Source: a bacterium
GTDB taxonomy: Bacteria; Bacteroidota; Bacteroidia; Bacteroidales; UBA932
Length of the DNA stretch: 64,000 nucleotides
Assembly (NCBI GenBank): GCA_963649415.1
Contig: CAVJHI010000004.1
Location: 2,497-66,496, forward strand
Reading direction: 5' to 3'
A model generated the notes under the pieces. That model saw only the letters and a list, made by a program, of their open reading frames with translations. It was not told the origin of the DNA and made no database searches. A program made the position numbers and the translations under genes. This document shows, in pieces, positions 19,274 through 29,132 of the stretch (its first letter is position 1; every line of letters starts with the position of its first letter).

Positions 19274-21220
19274 TTAGTCTTTGTAGTTTCGTGTCGCAAC
19301 CTTGATAAACTCGTACTTGAGAGGCTCTTTATGAAGCTCAGGCTCAACGCCTTCGCCCTTGTACTCCCAAGCTGCTACATACATATAGTTCTCGTCGTCG
19401 CGCTTTGCCTCTCCCTCTTCGGTCTGGCTCTCCACGCGGAAATGACCGCCGCAAGACTCCTTTCGGTTGAGTGCGTCGCGCGCCATAAGCTCGCCGATTT
19501 CGAAAAAGTCCTCGAGTCTGAGGGCCTTTTCAAGCTCCTGATTGAACTCATACTGGCTTCCCGGAACCTTTACATTCTCATAGAAGCTCTTCTTGAGCTC
19601 GCCGATCTCCTTGATGGCTTTCTTGAGGCCTTCCTCGTCGCGCGCCATTCCGACATACTCCCACATGATGTGCCCGAGCTTCTTGTGGATAGAATCCACG
19701 GTCTCGGTGCCGTTGATGGCGAAAAGCTTGTCTATACGAGCCTGTACGGCCTTTTCGGCATCGATGAACTCCTTGGTGTTGACATCGGTCTTAGGCTCAG
19801 CGAATTTCTTGGAAAGATAGTCGCCGATGGTGACAGGCAGGATGAAATATCCGTCCGCAAGACCCTGCATAAGGGCTGAAGCGCCGAGGCGGTTTCCGCC
19901 GTGGTCGGAGAAGTTAGCTTCTCCGATGGCATAGAGGCCAGGGATGGTAGTCTGGAGGTCGTAGTCAACCCATATACCGCCCATAGTGTAGTGGATGGCA
20001 GGATATATCATCATAGGCTCCTTCCAAGGGGAGGAAGCGGTGATTTTCTCATACATATCGAAGAGGTTTCCGTAGCGCTCCGCTACCCTCTTGTGTCCGA
20101 GGCGCTGGATGGCGTCGGCAAAGTCGAGGAAGACGGCCTTACCGGTCTCGTTGACACCATAGCCGGCATCGCATCTCTCTTTTGCGGCGCGGGAAGCCAC
20201 GTCGCGAGGCACGAGGTTGCCGAATGCCGGATAGCGACGCTCAAGATAGTAGTCGCGGTCCTCTTCAGCTATCTGTGAAGGCTTTATCTCGCCCTTGCGG
20301 AGCTTGAGCACATCTTCCATCTTCTTAGGCACCCAGATACGGCCATCGTTACGCAGAGACTCGCTCATAAGGGTGAGCTTGCACTGCTGGTCGCCGTGTA
20401 CAGGGATGCAGGTAGGGTGGATCTGCGCAAAGCAAGGGTTTGCGAAATATGCACCCTTCTTATAGCACTGCAGAGCCGCTGAACCGTTGCTGTTCATCGC
20501 GTTGGTTGAGAGGAAATAGGTATTTCCATAACCTCCGGTAGCGATTACGACTGCATGAGCACCAAACCTTTCGAGCTGTCCGGTCACGAGGTTGCGGGCG
20601 ATGATACCCTTGGCCTGGCCGTTGACGATGACGAGGTCAAGCATCTCGTGACGAGGATATGACTTGACGGTACCGGCTGCAATCTCCTTATTCAGAGATG
20701 CATACGCACCGAGGAGAAGCTGCTGTCCGGTTTGTCCGCGGGCATAGAAGGTACGGCTTACCTGCACGCCGCCGAAGGAGCGGTTGGCAAGGTATCCGCC
20801 GTATTCGCGAGCGAACGGAATACCCTGGGCTACGCACTGGTCGATGATGGATGCGCTGACCTCGGCCAGACGATATACATTGGCCTCGCGGCTGCGGTAG
20901 TCACCTCCCTTGATGGTGTCGTAGAACAGACGGTAGATGGAGTCGTTGTCGTTCTGGTAGTTCTTGGCGGCATTGATACCTCCCTGCGCTGCGATGGAGT
21001 GCGCGCGGCGAGGTGAGTCGCTGATGCAGAAGATCTTGACATTGTAGCCGAGTTCACCGAGGGAAGCAGCTGCAGATGCACCGCCGAGTCCGGTACCTAC
21101 CACAATGATTTCAAGCTTTCTCTTGTTGTTGGGACTCACGAGATGGATTTCAGACTTGCGCTTGGTCCACTTGCTTTCGAGAGGTCCTTCCGGAATTTTG
21201 GAAATTAACTTGTCAGACAT
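19274..21220 (-). CDS. frdA: Succinate dehydrogenase/fumarate reductase flavoprotein subunit (type B enzyme)
   Basis: 648 aa, with the FAD dinucleotide fold ([14 protein letters not shown]), the covalent-FAD His region ([13 protein letters not shown]) and the active site HYTMGG. Confidence 0.95.
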   Translation of the reverse strand: MSDKLISKIPEGPLESKWTKRKSEIHLVSPNNKRKLEIIVVGTGLGGASAAASLGELGYNVKIFCISDSPRRAHSIAAQGGINAAKNYQNDNDSIYRLFYDTIKGGDYRSREANVYRLAEVSASIIDQCVAQGIPFAREYGGYLANRSFGGVQVSRTFYARGQTGQQLLLGAYASLNKEIAAGTVKSYPRHEMLDLVIVNGQAKGIIARNLVTGQLERFGAHAVVIATGGYGNTYFLSTNAMNSNGSAALQCYKKGAYFANPCFAQIHPTCIPVHGDQQCKLTLMSESLRNDGRIWVPKKMEDVLKLRKGEIKPSQIAEEDRDYYLERRYPAFGNLVPRDVASRAAKERCDAGYGVNETGKAVFLDFADAIQRLGHKRVAERYGNLFDMYEKITASSPWKEPMMIYPAIHYTMGGIWVDYDLQTTIPGLYAIGEANFSDHGGNRLGASALMQGLADGYFILPVTIGDYLSKKFAEPKTDVNTKEFIDAEKAVQARIDKLFAINGTETVDSIHKKLGHIMWEYVGMARDEEGLKKAIKEIGELKKSFYENVKVPGSQYEFNQELEKALRLEDFFEIGELMARDALNRKESCGGHFRVESQTEEGEAKRDDENYMYVAAWEYKGEGVEPELHKEPLKYEFIKVATRNYKD

Positions 21221-21247
21221 TGTAATTATAGTATATTGTTATCTATA

Positions 21248-22273
21248 TCAAAATAACGTAGCGTTCGCATCACTGTCCGCCGCTCGCTCAAGTCCGAGGT
21301 GGCGGTACGAGAGGTCAGTGGCGATTCGGCCCCTCTGGGTGCGCACGATAAATCCTTCCTTGATGAGGAAAGGCTCGTAAACTTCCTCGTATGTACCCTG
21401 GTCCTCCCCTATCGCAGTGGCTATAGTATTGGCACCAACCGGCCCTCCCTTGAAGGTGCTGATGATGGTGCGGAGTATCTTGTTGTCCACGGAATCCAGT
21501 CCGCGGGTATCTATCTTGAGCTTGTCAAGCGCAAATTTAGCTATTTTGAGGTCAATGTGCCCGTCACCTTCGACCTGAGCGAAGTCCCTGACCCTGCGGA
21601 GCAGAGAGTTGGCTATACGAGGTGTGCCGCGGCTGCGGAGAGCTATTTCGGTGGCGGCCTCGTCCTCTATATCGACCTTAAGGATGCCGGCGCTGCGTCT
21701 TACGATGCGCACCAGGTCAGCGGTGTCGTAGTACTCCAGCCCGCAATTGATGCCAAAGCGCGCCCTAAGCGGAGCGGTAAGCAGACCCGCGCGGGTAGTG
21801 GCACCGACGAGGGTGAACGGATTGAGGGAAATCCTCACGGACCTCGCTCCCGGCCCCTTGTCTATCATTATGTCTATCACGAAGTCCTCCATCGCTGAAT
21901 AGAGGTATTCCTCCACCTCAGGCGAGAGCCTGTGAATTTCGTCTATAAAGAGCACATCCCCGGTGTCGAGCGAAGTCAGCAGACCGGCAAGGTCTCCCGG
22001 ACGGTCAAGCACCGGACCTGAAGTTATCTTGATGTTGACTCCCATCTCGTTGGCGATAATGTGCGCGAGGGTGGTCTTTCCAAGTCCCGGAGGACCGTGG
22101 AACAGGGTATGGTCCAGGGTCTCCCCTCTCATCTTCGCCGCCTTGATGTACACCCGCAGATTGGACACGATTTCACCCTGTCCGGTAAAATCTTCCAGTT
22201 CGTGAGGCCTGATAATTCCTTCTAAATCCTTATCTTTGCCTTCACTTGTATTGTGCGGGTCGAAGTCTGACAT
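21248..22273 (-). CDS. ruvB: Holliday junction branch migration DNA helicase RuvB
   Basis: 341 aa, AAA+ Walker A ([11 protein letters not shown]), Walker B (LFIDEIHRL) and a winged-helix C-terminal domain. A -7 box (CAAATATA on the plus strand) lies at 22296-22303. Confidence 0.97.
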   Translation of the reverse strand: MSDFDPHNTSEGKDKDLEGIIRPHELEDFTGQGEIVSNLRVYIKAAKMRGETLDHTLFHGPPGLGKTTLAHIIANEMGVNIKITSGPVLDRPGDLAGLLTSLDTGDVLFIDEIHRLSPEVEEYLYSAMEDFVIDIMIDKGPGARSVRISLNPFTLVGATTRAGLLTAPLRARFGINCGLEYYDTADLVRIVRRSAGILKVDIEDEAATEIALRSRGTPRIANSLLRRVRDFAQVEGDGHIDLKIAKFALDKLKIDTRGLDSVDNKILRTIISTFKGGPVGANTIATAIGEDQGTYEEVYEPFLIKEGFIVRTQRGRIATDLSYRHLGLERAADSDANATLF

Positions 22274-22340
22274 CTCGAATAATCAATACAGGATACAAAT
22301 ATAGTTCTTTTATTTAGATAATTTGATGATTATTATTCCT

Positions 22341-22540
22341 TGTTGATATTGTTGATAACTATATCAAGGCTTTGATTATCAGATTTTTAGATAGGAGTAA
22401 AAAAGTTGAAAAGCTTGTTGAAATACTGTGTTGCAAGCTGTTGACAACTTCAGGACTGAAGATTTCAACACTGCGACACCGACTTATCAACAGGGTTATC
22501 AACAACTTTTCAACAGCAAAACGGCACTCGATGTTGATAA
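22341..22540. promoter_or_regulatory. Array of ten TCAACA-core 9-mers (DnaA-box-like, one mismatch from TTATNCACA) in an AT-rich spacer; candidate oriC or other regulator array
   Basis: Exact TTATCAACA occurs at 22350-58 (rc), 22484-92, 22496-504 and 22532-40 (rc). Variants are ATATCAACA 22341-49 (rc), TTTTCAACT 22404-12 (rc), ATTTCAACA 22416-24 (rc) and 22462-70, TTGTCAACA 22439-47 (rc) and TTTTCAACA 22507-15. The motif cluster itself is certain. Its function is inferred. Confidence 0.45.
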
Positions 22541-25500
22541 GTTCAAATTCCTGCGAAAAACTCAGGGCGAGCCTGAAATCGGGCAGGAAAAATATCTATT
22601 GCCGCGGGCTTTTCCTGTCCGCGCGCTGGGTCGTGCTCTCTTCCGTGGCAGACAAAGCTACGCATTTTATACTGCTTCCCAACAAGGAGGCGGCCGAATA
22701 TTGCACCTCCGACCTCTACAGTTTTATCGCTGGGGACAGCGTATTCTTCCTCCCGGAGTCGGGCAAGAGCGTGGAGCGTAGCAACTACAAGTCTTCCCTT
22801 GCCGTCCAGAGGACCGCTGCGATAGGCAAGATTCTCTCCAATGACGGCGACAGCCTTAAAATAATAGTCTCCTACCCCGAGGCGGTAAACGAACTCGTCC
22901 CTTCCCTCCCCACCATCTCCGATTCCCTGCTCAGCATCTCGAAGAGCGATGAGATTTCCCACGAGAAGATAGTCGAGATACTCTCTTCAAAGGGCTTCGA
23001 ACGGGTGGATTTCGTCTCCGCTCCGGGGCAGTACGCCATAAGGGGTTCGCTCGTGGATATATTCTCATATTCATTCAACCACCCTTACCGTATCTCATTC
23101 TGGGGCAATGAGGTAGAGAAGATAAACACCTTCGACTGCAATACGCAGCTCTCCCTCGGCGAGGTGGAGCGGGCGGAGATAGTTTCCGATGCGCTCTCCT
23201 CCGAGGCGGCCGAGGGGCAGAGCGTGCTCGACATACTGCCTCCGGACAGCATCCTCTGGCTCGATTCTTCCGATATGTATTCCAAGGAAGAATTTTTCCC
23301 GCTCACTTCCCGCTTCAGCCGGGTATTCATCGACACTCCCCTATCCGCTCAGACAGAGGACTATATACAGTTCAGCATCAGCCCGCAGCCGTCGTTCAAC
23401 AAGAACTTCGAACTCCTCACCGAGGACATCCGCAGCCGTATTGAGAACGGGTACAAGGTCCAGATTTACGGTGACAAGGAGTCCCAGCTCGAGCGAATCA
23501 GGTCCATCCTGTCCCAGAACGGTGGACTCATCCCAGAGTTCATCAAGGGTAAGAACCTTCATAACGGATTCATAGACAATGAGAACAAGGTCTGCTGCTA
23601 CACCGACCACGAAATCTTCGACCGCTTCCAGAGGGTCAGTCTGCGCCGCAGCGTGGAGAAGAGCGAGCAGCTTACCATCAACGACCTCAATTCCTTCAAT
23701 ATAGGGGACTATGTCGTGCATATAGACCACGGAGTCGGCGTGTTCGGCGGTCTGGTCAGGATGCGGGATGACAAGGGCAGGATGCGCGAGGTAGTCAAAA
23801 TCACCTACAAGGACGGCGATGTGGTCTTCGTGTCTGTGCACTCGCTCAATAAAATCTCCCGTTTCCGTTCGCGGGACGGGGAGCCTCCGCGTATCAACAA
23901 GCTCGGTTCCAAGACTTGGGGCGCCCTGAAGACCAGCGCCAAATCTAAGGTCAAGGACATTGCGAAGCAACTCATCCAGCTCTATGCTAAGCGTCGCGCC
24001 TCCAAGGGCTTTGCTTTCTCTGCCGACACCTATCTCCAGCAGGAGCTCGAGTCTTCATTTATGTACGAAGACACTCCGGATCAGGAACTTGCCACCTCCG
24101 CCGTCAAGCGCGACATGGAGGACGACTGCCCGATGGACAGGCTCGTCTGCGGCGATGTGGGCTTCGGAAAGACGGAGATAGCCATCCGCGCCGCGTTCAA
24201 GGCTGTGGCTGACAGCAAGCAGGTGGCGGTGCTCGTGCCTACGACCATACTTTCCCTCCAGCACTACAACACCTTCAGGCAGCGCCTGCAGAACCTGCCG
24301 TGCAATATAGATTATGTGAGCCGCCTGCGCAGCGCCAAGGAGATTGCCGACATCAAGCGCCGCCTTGCCGCAGGGCAGATCGATGTGCTGATAGGTACCC
24401 ACAAAATACTAAGCAAGGAGTTTGTATTCAAGGACTTGGGCCTGCTTATAATAGACGAGGAGCAGAAGTTCGGAGTCTCCGCCAAGGAGAAGCTCCGCGA
24501 AATTAAGGCATCCGTCGATACCCTCACCCTCACAGCCACCCCTATTCCGAGGACGCTGCAGTTCTCCCTGCTCGGCGCGAGGGATTTAAGTATAATCAAC
24601 ACCCCGCCGCCCAACAGAATACCTGTGCAGACCGAAATCATCCTCTTCGACGAGAAGGAGATACGCAGCATCATCAATTACGAGCTCAACCGCGGCGGCC
24701 AGCTCTTCTTCCTCCACAACAAGGTCGAGGAGCTCCAGTCTATCTACGAGATACTCCACCGCCTCGTGCCGGATATGAAAATCTGCGTGGCGCACGGGCA
24801 GATGGAAGCCGGAAAACTGGAGAACATAATGCTCGACTTTATGCGCGGAGACTACGATATGTTGCTCTGTACCACCATTATAGAGAACGGACTCGACATC
24901 CCTAACGCCAATACCATCATCATCAACCAGGCGCAGAATTTCGGCCTCAGCGACCTGCACCAGCTGCGGGGCAGGGTAGGGCGCTCCAACAAAAAGGCAT
25001 TCTGCTATCTGATAGTGCCGCCGCTCGTCAGCATCACCGACGATGCGCGCCGCCGCCTCAAGGCGATAGAGGAGTTCTCCGACCTCGGAAGCGGCTTCAA
25101 CATAGCGATGCAGGACCTCGACATCCGCGGAGCCGGCAACCTGCTCGGCGCGGAGCAGAGCGGATTCATCACCGAGATGGGCTTCGAGACCTATCAGAAA
25201 ATCCTTGCCGAGGCGATGGACGAACTCGGGGTGGAGACCGGCATAGATGTGCGCGGCGAGCGGAGCGCGTTCGTCACCGAGTGCACGATAGAAACCGACC
25301 AGCCGGCGCTCATCCCGGATGAATACATAAGCATAACCGCCGAAAAGATAAGGATTTACCGCGACATCGACTCTATGTCCTCAGATAAGGAGATAGACAA
25401 TTACGCCAAGCGGCTCGAAGACCGTTTCGGCGCCCTCCCTGAGGAGCTGCAGAACCTCTTCCTCGTAGTGAAGATACGCAACCGCGGCGCCGCCCTCGGC

Positions 25501-25722
25501 TTCGAAAAGGTTATTATCAAGAACGGAATAATGATTGCGTTCTTCGTGGCGAACCAGATGTCAGGCTACTATAAGTCTTCAGTTTTCGAGAAGGTTCTCT
25601 CGCGGCTTGGCGATATGCAGGGCAGGGTGGAGATGAAGCAGAGCGACGGCAAACTCAAGATTGTAGCCCGCAGTGTGCCTTCGCTTGCGGTGGCCTTCAA
25701 GATATTGAATACCCTCAGTTGA
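22531..25722 (+). CDS. mfd: Transcription-repair coupling factor Mfd
   Basis: It has a UvrB-homology N-terminus, the RNAP-interacting domain (IGDYVVHIDHGVG), superfamily-2 translocase motifs (GDVGFGKTE, DEEQKFG) and the TRG/C-terminal domain. The start at the ATG at 22531 is preferred over the 53-aa low-complexity extension from 22372. Confidence 0.95.
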   Translation: MLISSNSCEKLRASLKSGRKNIYCRGLFLSARWVVLSSVADKATHFILLPNKEAAEYCTSDLYSFIAGDSVFFLPESGKSVERSNYKSSLAVQRTAAIGKILSNDGDSLKIIVSYPEAVNELVPSLPTISDSLLSISKSDEISHEKIVEILSSKGFERVDFVSAPGQYAIRGSLVDIFSYSFNHPYRISFWGNEVEKINTFDCNTQLSLGEVERAEIVSDALSSEAAEGQSVLDILPPDSILWLDSSDMYSKEEFFPLTSRFSRVFIDTPLSAQTEDYIQFSISPQPSFNKNFELLTEDIRSRIENGYKVQIYGDKESQLERIRSILSQNGGLIPEFIKGKNLHNGFIDNENKVCCYTDHEIFDRFQRVSLRRSVEKSEQLTINDLNSFNIGDYVVHIDHGVGVFGGLVRMRDDKGRMREVVKITYKDGDVVFVSVHSLNKISRFRSRDGEPPRINKLGSKTWGALKTSAKSKVKDIAKQLIQLYAKRRASKGFAFSADTYLQQELESSFMYEDTPDQELATSAVKRDMEDDCPMDRLVCGDVGFGKTEIAIRAAFKAVADSKQVAVLVPTTILSLQHYNTFRQRLQNLPCNIDYVSRLRSAKEIADIKRRLAAGQIDVLIGTHKILSKEFVFKDLGLLIIDEEQKFGVSAKEKLREIKASVDTLTLTATPIPRTLQFSLLGARDLSIINTPPPNRIPVQTEIILFDEKEIRSIINYELNRGGQLFFLHNKVEELQSIYEILHRLVPDMKICVAHGQMEAGKLENIMLDFMRGDYDMLLCTTIIENGLDIPNANTIIINQAQNFGLSDLHQLRGRVGRSNKKAFCYLIVPPLVSITDDARRRLKAIEEFSDLGSGFNIAMQDLDIRGAGNLLGAEQSGFITEMGFETYQKILAEAMDELGVETGIDVRGERSAFVTECTIETDQPALIPDEYISITAEKIRIYRDIDSMSSDKEIDNYAKRLEDRFGALPEELQNLFLVVKIRNRGAALGFEKVIIKNGIMIAFFVANQMSGYYKSSVFEKVLSRLGDMQGRVEMKQSDGKLKIVARSVPSLAVAFKILNTLS

Positions 25723-25743
25723 CAGGTATTCAGAAATAATCAT

Positions 25744-25751
25744 TAAATTTG
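25744..25751 (+). promoter_or_regulatory. -7 box TAAATTTG upstream of coaX
   Basis: TAnnTTTG match 14 nt upstream of the ATG at 25766. Confidence 0.4.
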
Positions 25752-25765
25752 CAGGCTTTGCACTT

Positions 25766-26494
25766 ATGGCAAATCTTTTGGTAATAACGGGAAACACCGC
25801 GCTCAAGGCGGCCTGGTCCGATGGTACGACCATCGGAAAGACTTTCCGTTACCAGGGGGAGAAGATGCTCGACTATCTTCTGAGCCTGACCGAAAAGGAT
25901 AAGCCGGAAGTGCTTACCATCGCTTCGGTGTCCGGTGTGCTGCCCGAGGAGGAGGCCATCCTGCGTAAGGAATGCTCCCACCTGATAATCCTCGACCGCA
26001 ACCACACATACTACCTTCTGAAGAACGATTTCCCGGAGTACCTCTCCTGCGACAGGGCCGCCGGGCTCGTGGCCGCGAGGTTCCTCTTCAAGGGCAAGGA
26101 CTGCACCGTTTTCGACTTCGGAACCACTCTGACCATTGATTTCCTGGGTGCTGACGGCCGTTATCTAGGCGGCAATATTTCCCCGGGATGCCGTACCAGA
26201 TTCAAGGCTCTCAACCGTTATTCCAAGAATCTTCCGCTCGTTGATACACCCGACAAGATAACCCCTGAGGGGGGCTCTGTCGTGTCCTCGATAGAGGCGG
26301 GGGTCGTTTTAGGCATAATGTTTGAAATAGAGGGCTACATCAGGTCCCGTCAGGACAATATTGTGATTTTTACCGGTGGAGATGCAATTTATTTTGCCAA
26401 GAAAATGAAAAGTTCCATCTTTGTGGTTTGCAATCTTGAACTGATGGGCTTGGCCATTATTACAGAAGATTATGTCAGCAAGAATATCAAATAG
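25766..26494 (+). CDS. coaX: Type III pantothenate kinase
   Basis: 242 aa with an ASKHA fold, an N-terminal LLVITGNTALK and the DFGTTLTID phosphate-binding motif. Confidence 0.85.
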   Translation: MANLLVITGNTALKAAWSDGTTIGKTFRYQGEKMLDYLLSLTEKDKPEVLTIASVSGVLPEEEAILRKECSHLIILDRNHTYYLLKNDFPEYLSCDRAAGLVAARFLFKGKDCTVFDFGTTLTIDFLGADGRYLGGNISPGCRTRFKALNRYSKNLPLVDTPDKITPEGGSVVSSIEAGVVLGIMFEIEGYIRSRQDNIVIFTGGDAIYFAKKMKSSIFVVCNLELMGLAIITEDYVSKNIK

Positions 26495-27785
26495 GCTTCT
26501 GTCGCTTTCGGCTCTGCTGCTGTGTGTCTCCTTTGCTGCGCAAGGGCAGGCAAATAGCGGTTATTCTCCGTACTCCATCTTCGGAGTGGGGGACCTCAGC
26601 CGTCAGGGCACTGCCTACAATAGGACTATGGGCGGAGTAGGTGTGGCCACAAGGAGCAACAGGTTCATCAATATAATGAACCCGGCTGCCGTCACGGCGA
26701 GGGATTCCCTTGCCTTTATGGCTGACTTCTCCCTCTACGGCGACAACAAGATCTTCACTCAGGACGGAGTCAAGTCAGTCAACAATGTATTCAATATCAA
26801 CGACTGCGCAATCTCTTTCCCGCTCTGGAACACTTCCGCGATGATGCTCGGCATCTCTCCTTACAGTGACACGGGATTCGGATATTCATTCAACTACACC
26901 GACCCGGATGTCATAGGCAGGACGGGCAACATCTCCTATAGCGCCTCAGGCAGCGGAAGCATCTACAAGTTCTTCACTGCCGCGGGCATCACCCTTTGGG
27001 ACAGGCTCTCTCTGGGCGCCGAGTTCGACTACTACTTCGGTAACCTCAGCAAGAGTTTCTCCACTGCCCTCACTGACAACTCCTACAATAGCATCTCCAG
27101 CAGTACATCTCTGCAGGCCAATGCGATAGGAGGAAAGTTCGGACTTCAGTACGAGCAGCCTATCGGCTCCAAGCTCAAGCTTGTCCTGGGTGCCACCTAC
27201 TCAACAGGAGCCACGATGAAGGGCTATTATGAAGAGCTCGCGCTCTCCGGAAGTTCCGCCGCGGTAGATACCCTCTACCACAAGTCCGATACCCTAGCTA
27301 GCAGCCGCGATGTCAGGCTCGCTTCTGAGATAGGTGTAGGATTCTCGCTCCGCTATGGCGACAAGTGGATGGTAGCCTTAGACTACACCCGCGCCGACTG
27401 GAGAAACTCCGGCATTGAGAACATCAGCGGATTCACCACCTCGTCCTCGCCTTTCGCCACCTCGCTTTCGGAGGCGTACAGGCTCGGATTCGAGCTGGTG
27501 CCTAACAGGAACGACATCCGCTACTACTTCAACAATGTCACCTACCGTGCCGGAGCATACTACAAAAAGGAGAATTTCCTACTGAACGGCAAGCAGATAG
27601 CGTCCACGGGCATCACGCTCGGAGTGACGCTCCCTATCTACAGATGGTACAACGGGCTCACTCTCGGCGTGGAGCTGGGACAGAGGGGGTCGCTCTCAGA
27701 CGGTATGATTCGCGAGCGATACTTCAACTTCTCCATCGGAGTGAACATCTTTGACATCTGGTTCCAGCAACCACATTACGAATAA
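26472..27785 (+). CDS. Predicted outer-membrane beta-barrel protein of unknown function
   Basis: It has a signal peptide (LLSLSALLLCVSFAAQGQ) followed by alternating amphipathic beta-strand-like segments rich in Y/G/S/N. It overlaps coaX by 23 nt and sits upstream of lptC. Confidence 0.5.
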   Translation: MSARISNRLLSLSALLLCVSFAAQGQANSGYSPYSIFGVGDLSRQGTAYNRTMGGVGVATRSNRFINIMNPAAVTARDSLAFMADFSLYGDNKIFTQDGVKSVNNVFNINDCAISFPLWNTSAMMLGISPYSDTGFGYSFNYTDPDVIGRTGNISYSASGSGSIYKFFTAAGITLWDRLSLGAEFDYYFGNLSKSFSTALTDNSYNSISSSTSLQANAIGGKFGLQYEQPIGSKLKLVLGATYSTGATMKGYYEELALSGSSAAVDTLYHKSDTLASSRDVRLASEIGVGFSLRYGDKWMVALDYTRADWRNSGIENISGFTTSSSPFATSLSEAYRLGFELVPNRNDIRYYFNNVTYRAGAYYKKENFLLNGKQIASTGITLGVTLPIYRWYNGLTLGVELGQRGSLSDGMIRERYFNFSIGVNIFDIWFQQPHYE

Positions 27786-27803
27786 TCAAATCAACTTGCT
27801 ATA

Positions 27804-29132
27804 ATGAAAAGAATAACACTTGCTATCGTATCTGCAGCCGCACTGCTGATGTGCGGCCAGGATGTTTTCGCCCAGGGAAAATGGGGCGCGGACAGTGCTG
27901 AATGTATTAAGTACATGTCCTATTACAAAGAGTACTACAAGCAGAAGGCTTACGATGAAGCCATCCCTAACTGGAGAATGGCCTACAAGCTCTGCCCTGC
28001 TACCGCCAGCCAGAATATGCTCATCGACGGTACTTCGCTTCTGCGCAGACTTATCTCCAAGAACGCTGCCAACGCCCAGTACCGCAACGCCCTCGTGGAC
28101 TCACTCCTCACTCTGCACGACACCCGCGCGCAGTACTATCCTAAGTATGCGGTGACCGCCCTCAACAACAAGGGCCTCGATATGTCCAACTATATCAAGT
28201 CAGACCCGCAGAAGCTCTATGACGGATATGAGGGCATCATCGCCAGCAACAAGGAGCAGACCAAGGTTCAGATATTCCTCTTCGACCTTCAGGCAGCCAT
28301 CGACCTTTACCAGTCAGGCGCCCTCGACGCTGAGCAGGTTATCAACATCTACCAGCGCAACGGCGATTATGTCGAGAAGGCTCCGATAAGGAACGACATC
28401 GAGCGCGAGCAGAACGACAATGTCAAGGGCGATATGGGCAACCTCTTCGCTGCCAGCAAGGTTGCAAGCTGCGACCACCTTGTCAACATCTACACTCCGC
28501 GCTTCGACGCAGATCCTGACAACCTCGACCTCGCGACCAGCATCGTAAGGACCATGAGCCTTGCAGAGGACTGCACCGGCAACGACCTCTTCCTCAAGGC
28601 CGTCACCACGATGAACAAGCTCGCCCCTTCAGCCAACTCCGCATACTACCTCTTCAAGCTTCACTCAGCAAAGGGTGATACCAACGAGGCTATCATGTAT
28701 ATGGAAGAGGCTATCGCAAGCGAGGATTCAGATGCCAAGACCGACATCGACTGGACCTACGAGCTTGCCACATTCTGCTTCAAGAGCGGACTCAACTCCA
28801 AGGCTGTGGAGCTCGCCTCAAAGGTTGCTTCCAACTCCGAGGAGCTCGCGGGCAAGGCATACTTCCTGATGGGTACCATCTGGGCTTCCACCCGCTGCGG
28901 CGGCGACGAAATCTCCAGCCGTGCACCGTTCTGGGTAGCCTGCGACTATATGAACAAGGCAAAGAACGCCGACCCGTCACTTGCTGACGCCGCTTCCGAG
29001 CACATCAGGTCATATAGCGCCTACTTCCCTCAGGCAGCCGAGGCGTTTATGTACGACATTACCAACGGCCAGTCCTACACTGTCGTATGCGGCGGTATGA
29101 GGGCCACTACGACCGTGCGGACCACCAAGTAG
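27804..29132 (+). CDS. Secreted all-alpha, TPR-like protein of unknown function
   Basis: It has a signal peptide (MKRITLAIVSAAALLMCGQDVFAQ). The helical repeat character (AYDEAIPNWRMAYKLCP..., GDTNEAIMYMEEAIA...) suggests a TPR-like fold. Confidence 0.5.
   Translation: MKRITLAIVSAAALLMCGQDVFAQGKWGADSAECIKYMSYYKEYYKQKAYDEAIPNWRMAYKLCPATASQNMLIDGTSLLRRLISKNAANAQYRNALVDSLLTLHDTRAQYYPKYAVTALNNKGLDMSNYIKSDPQKLYDGYEGIIASNKEQTKVQIFLFDLQAAIDLYQSGALDAEQVINIYQRNGDYVEKAPIRNDIEREQNDNVKGDMGNLFAASKVASCDHLVNIYTPRFDADPDNLDLATSIVRTMSLAEDCTGNDLFLKAVTTMNKLAPSANSAYYLFKLHSAKGDTNEAIMYMEEAIASEDSDAKTDIDWTYELATFCFKSGLNSKAVELASKVASNSEELAGKAYFLMGTIWASTRCGGDEISSRAPFWVACDYMNKAKNADPSLADAASEHIRSYSAYFPQAAEAFMYDITNGQSYTVVCGGMRATTTVRTTK

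Noticed and set aside
22372-22530. 53-aa N-terminal extension of mfd in the ORF track
   Set aside because: The extension is encoded by the AT-rich intergenic region full of the TCAACA-core repeats. Its sequence (MIIRFLDRSKKVEKLVEILCC...) does not resemble Mfd N-termini. The ATG at 22531 gives a normal Mfd start.
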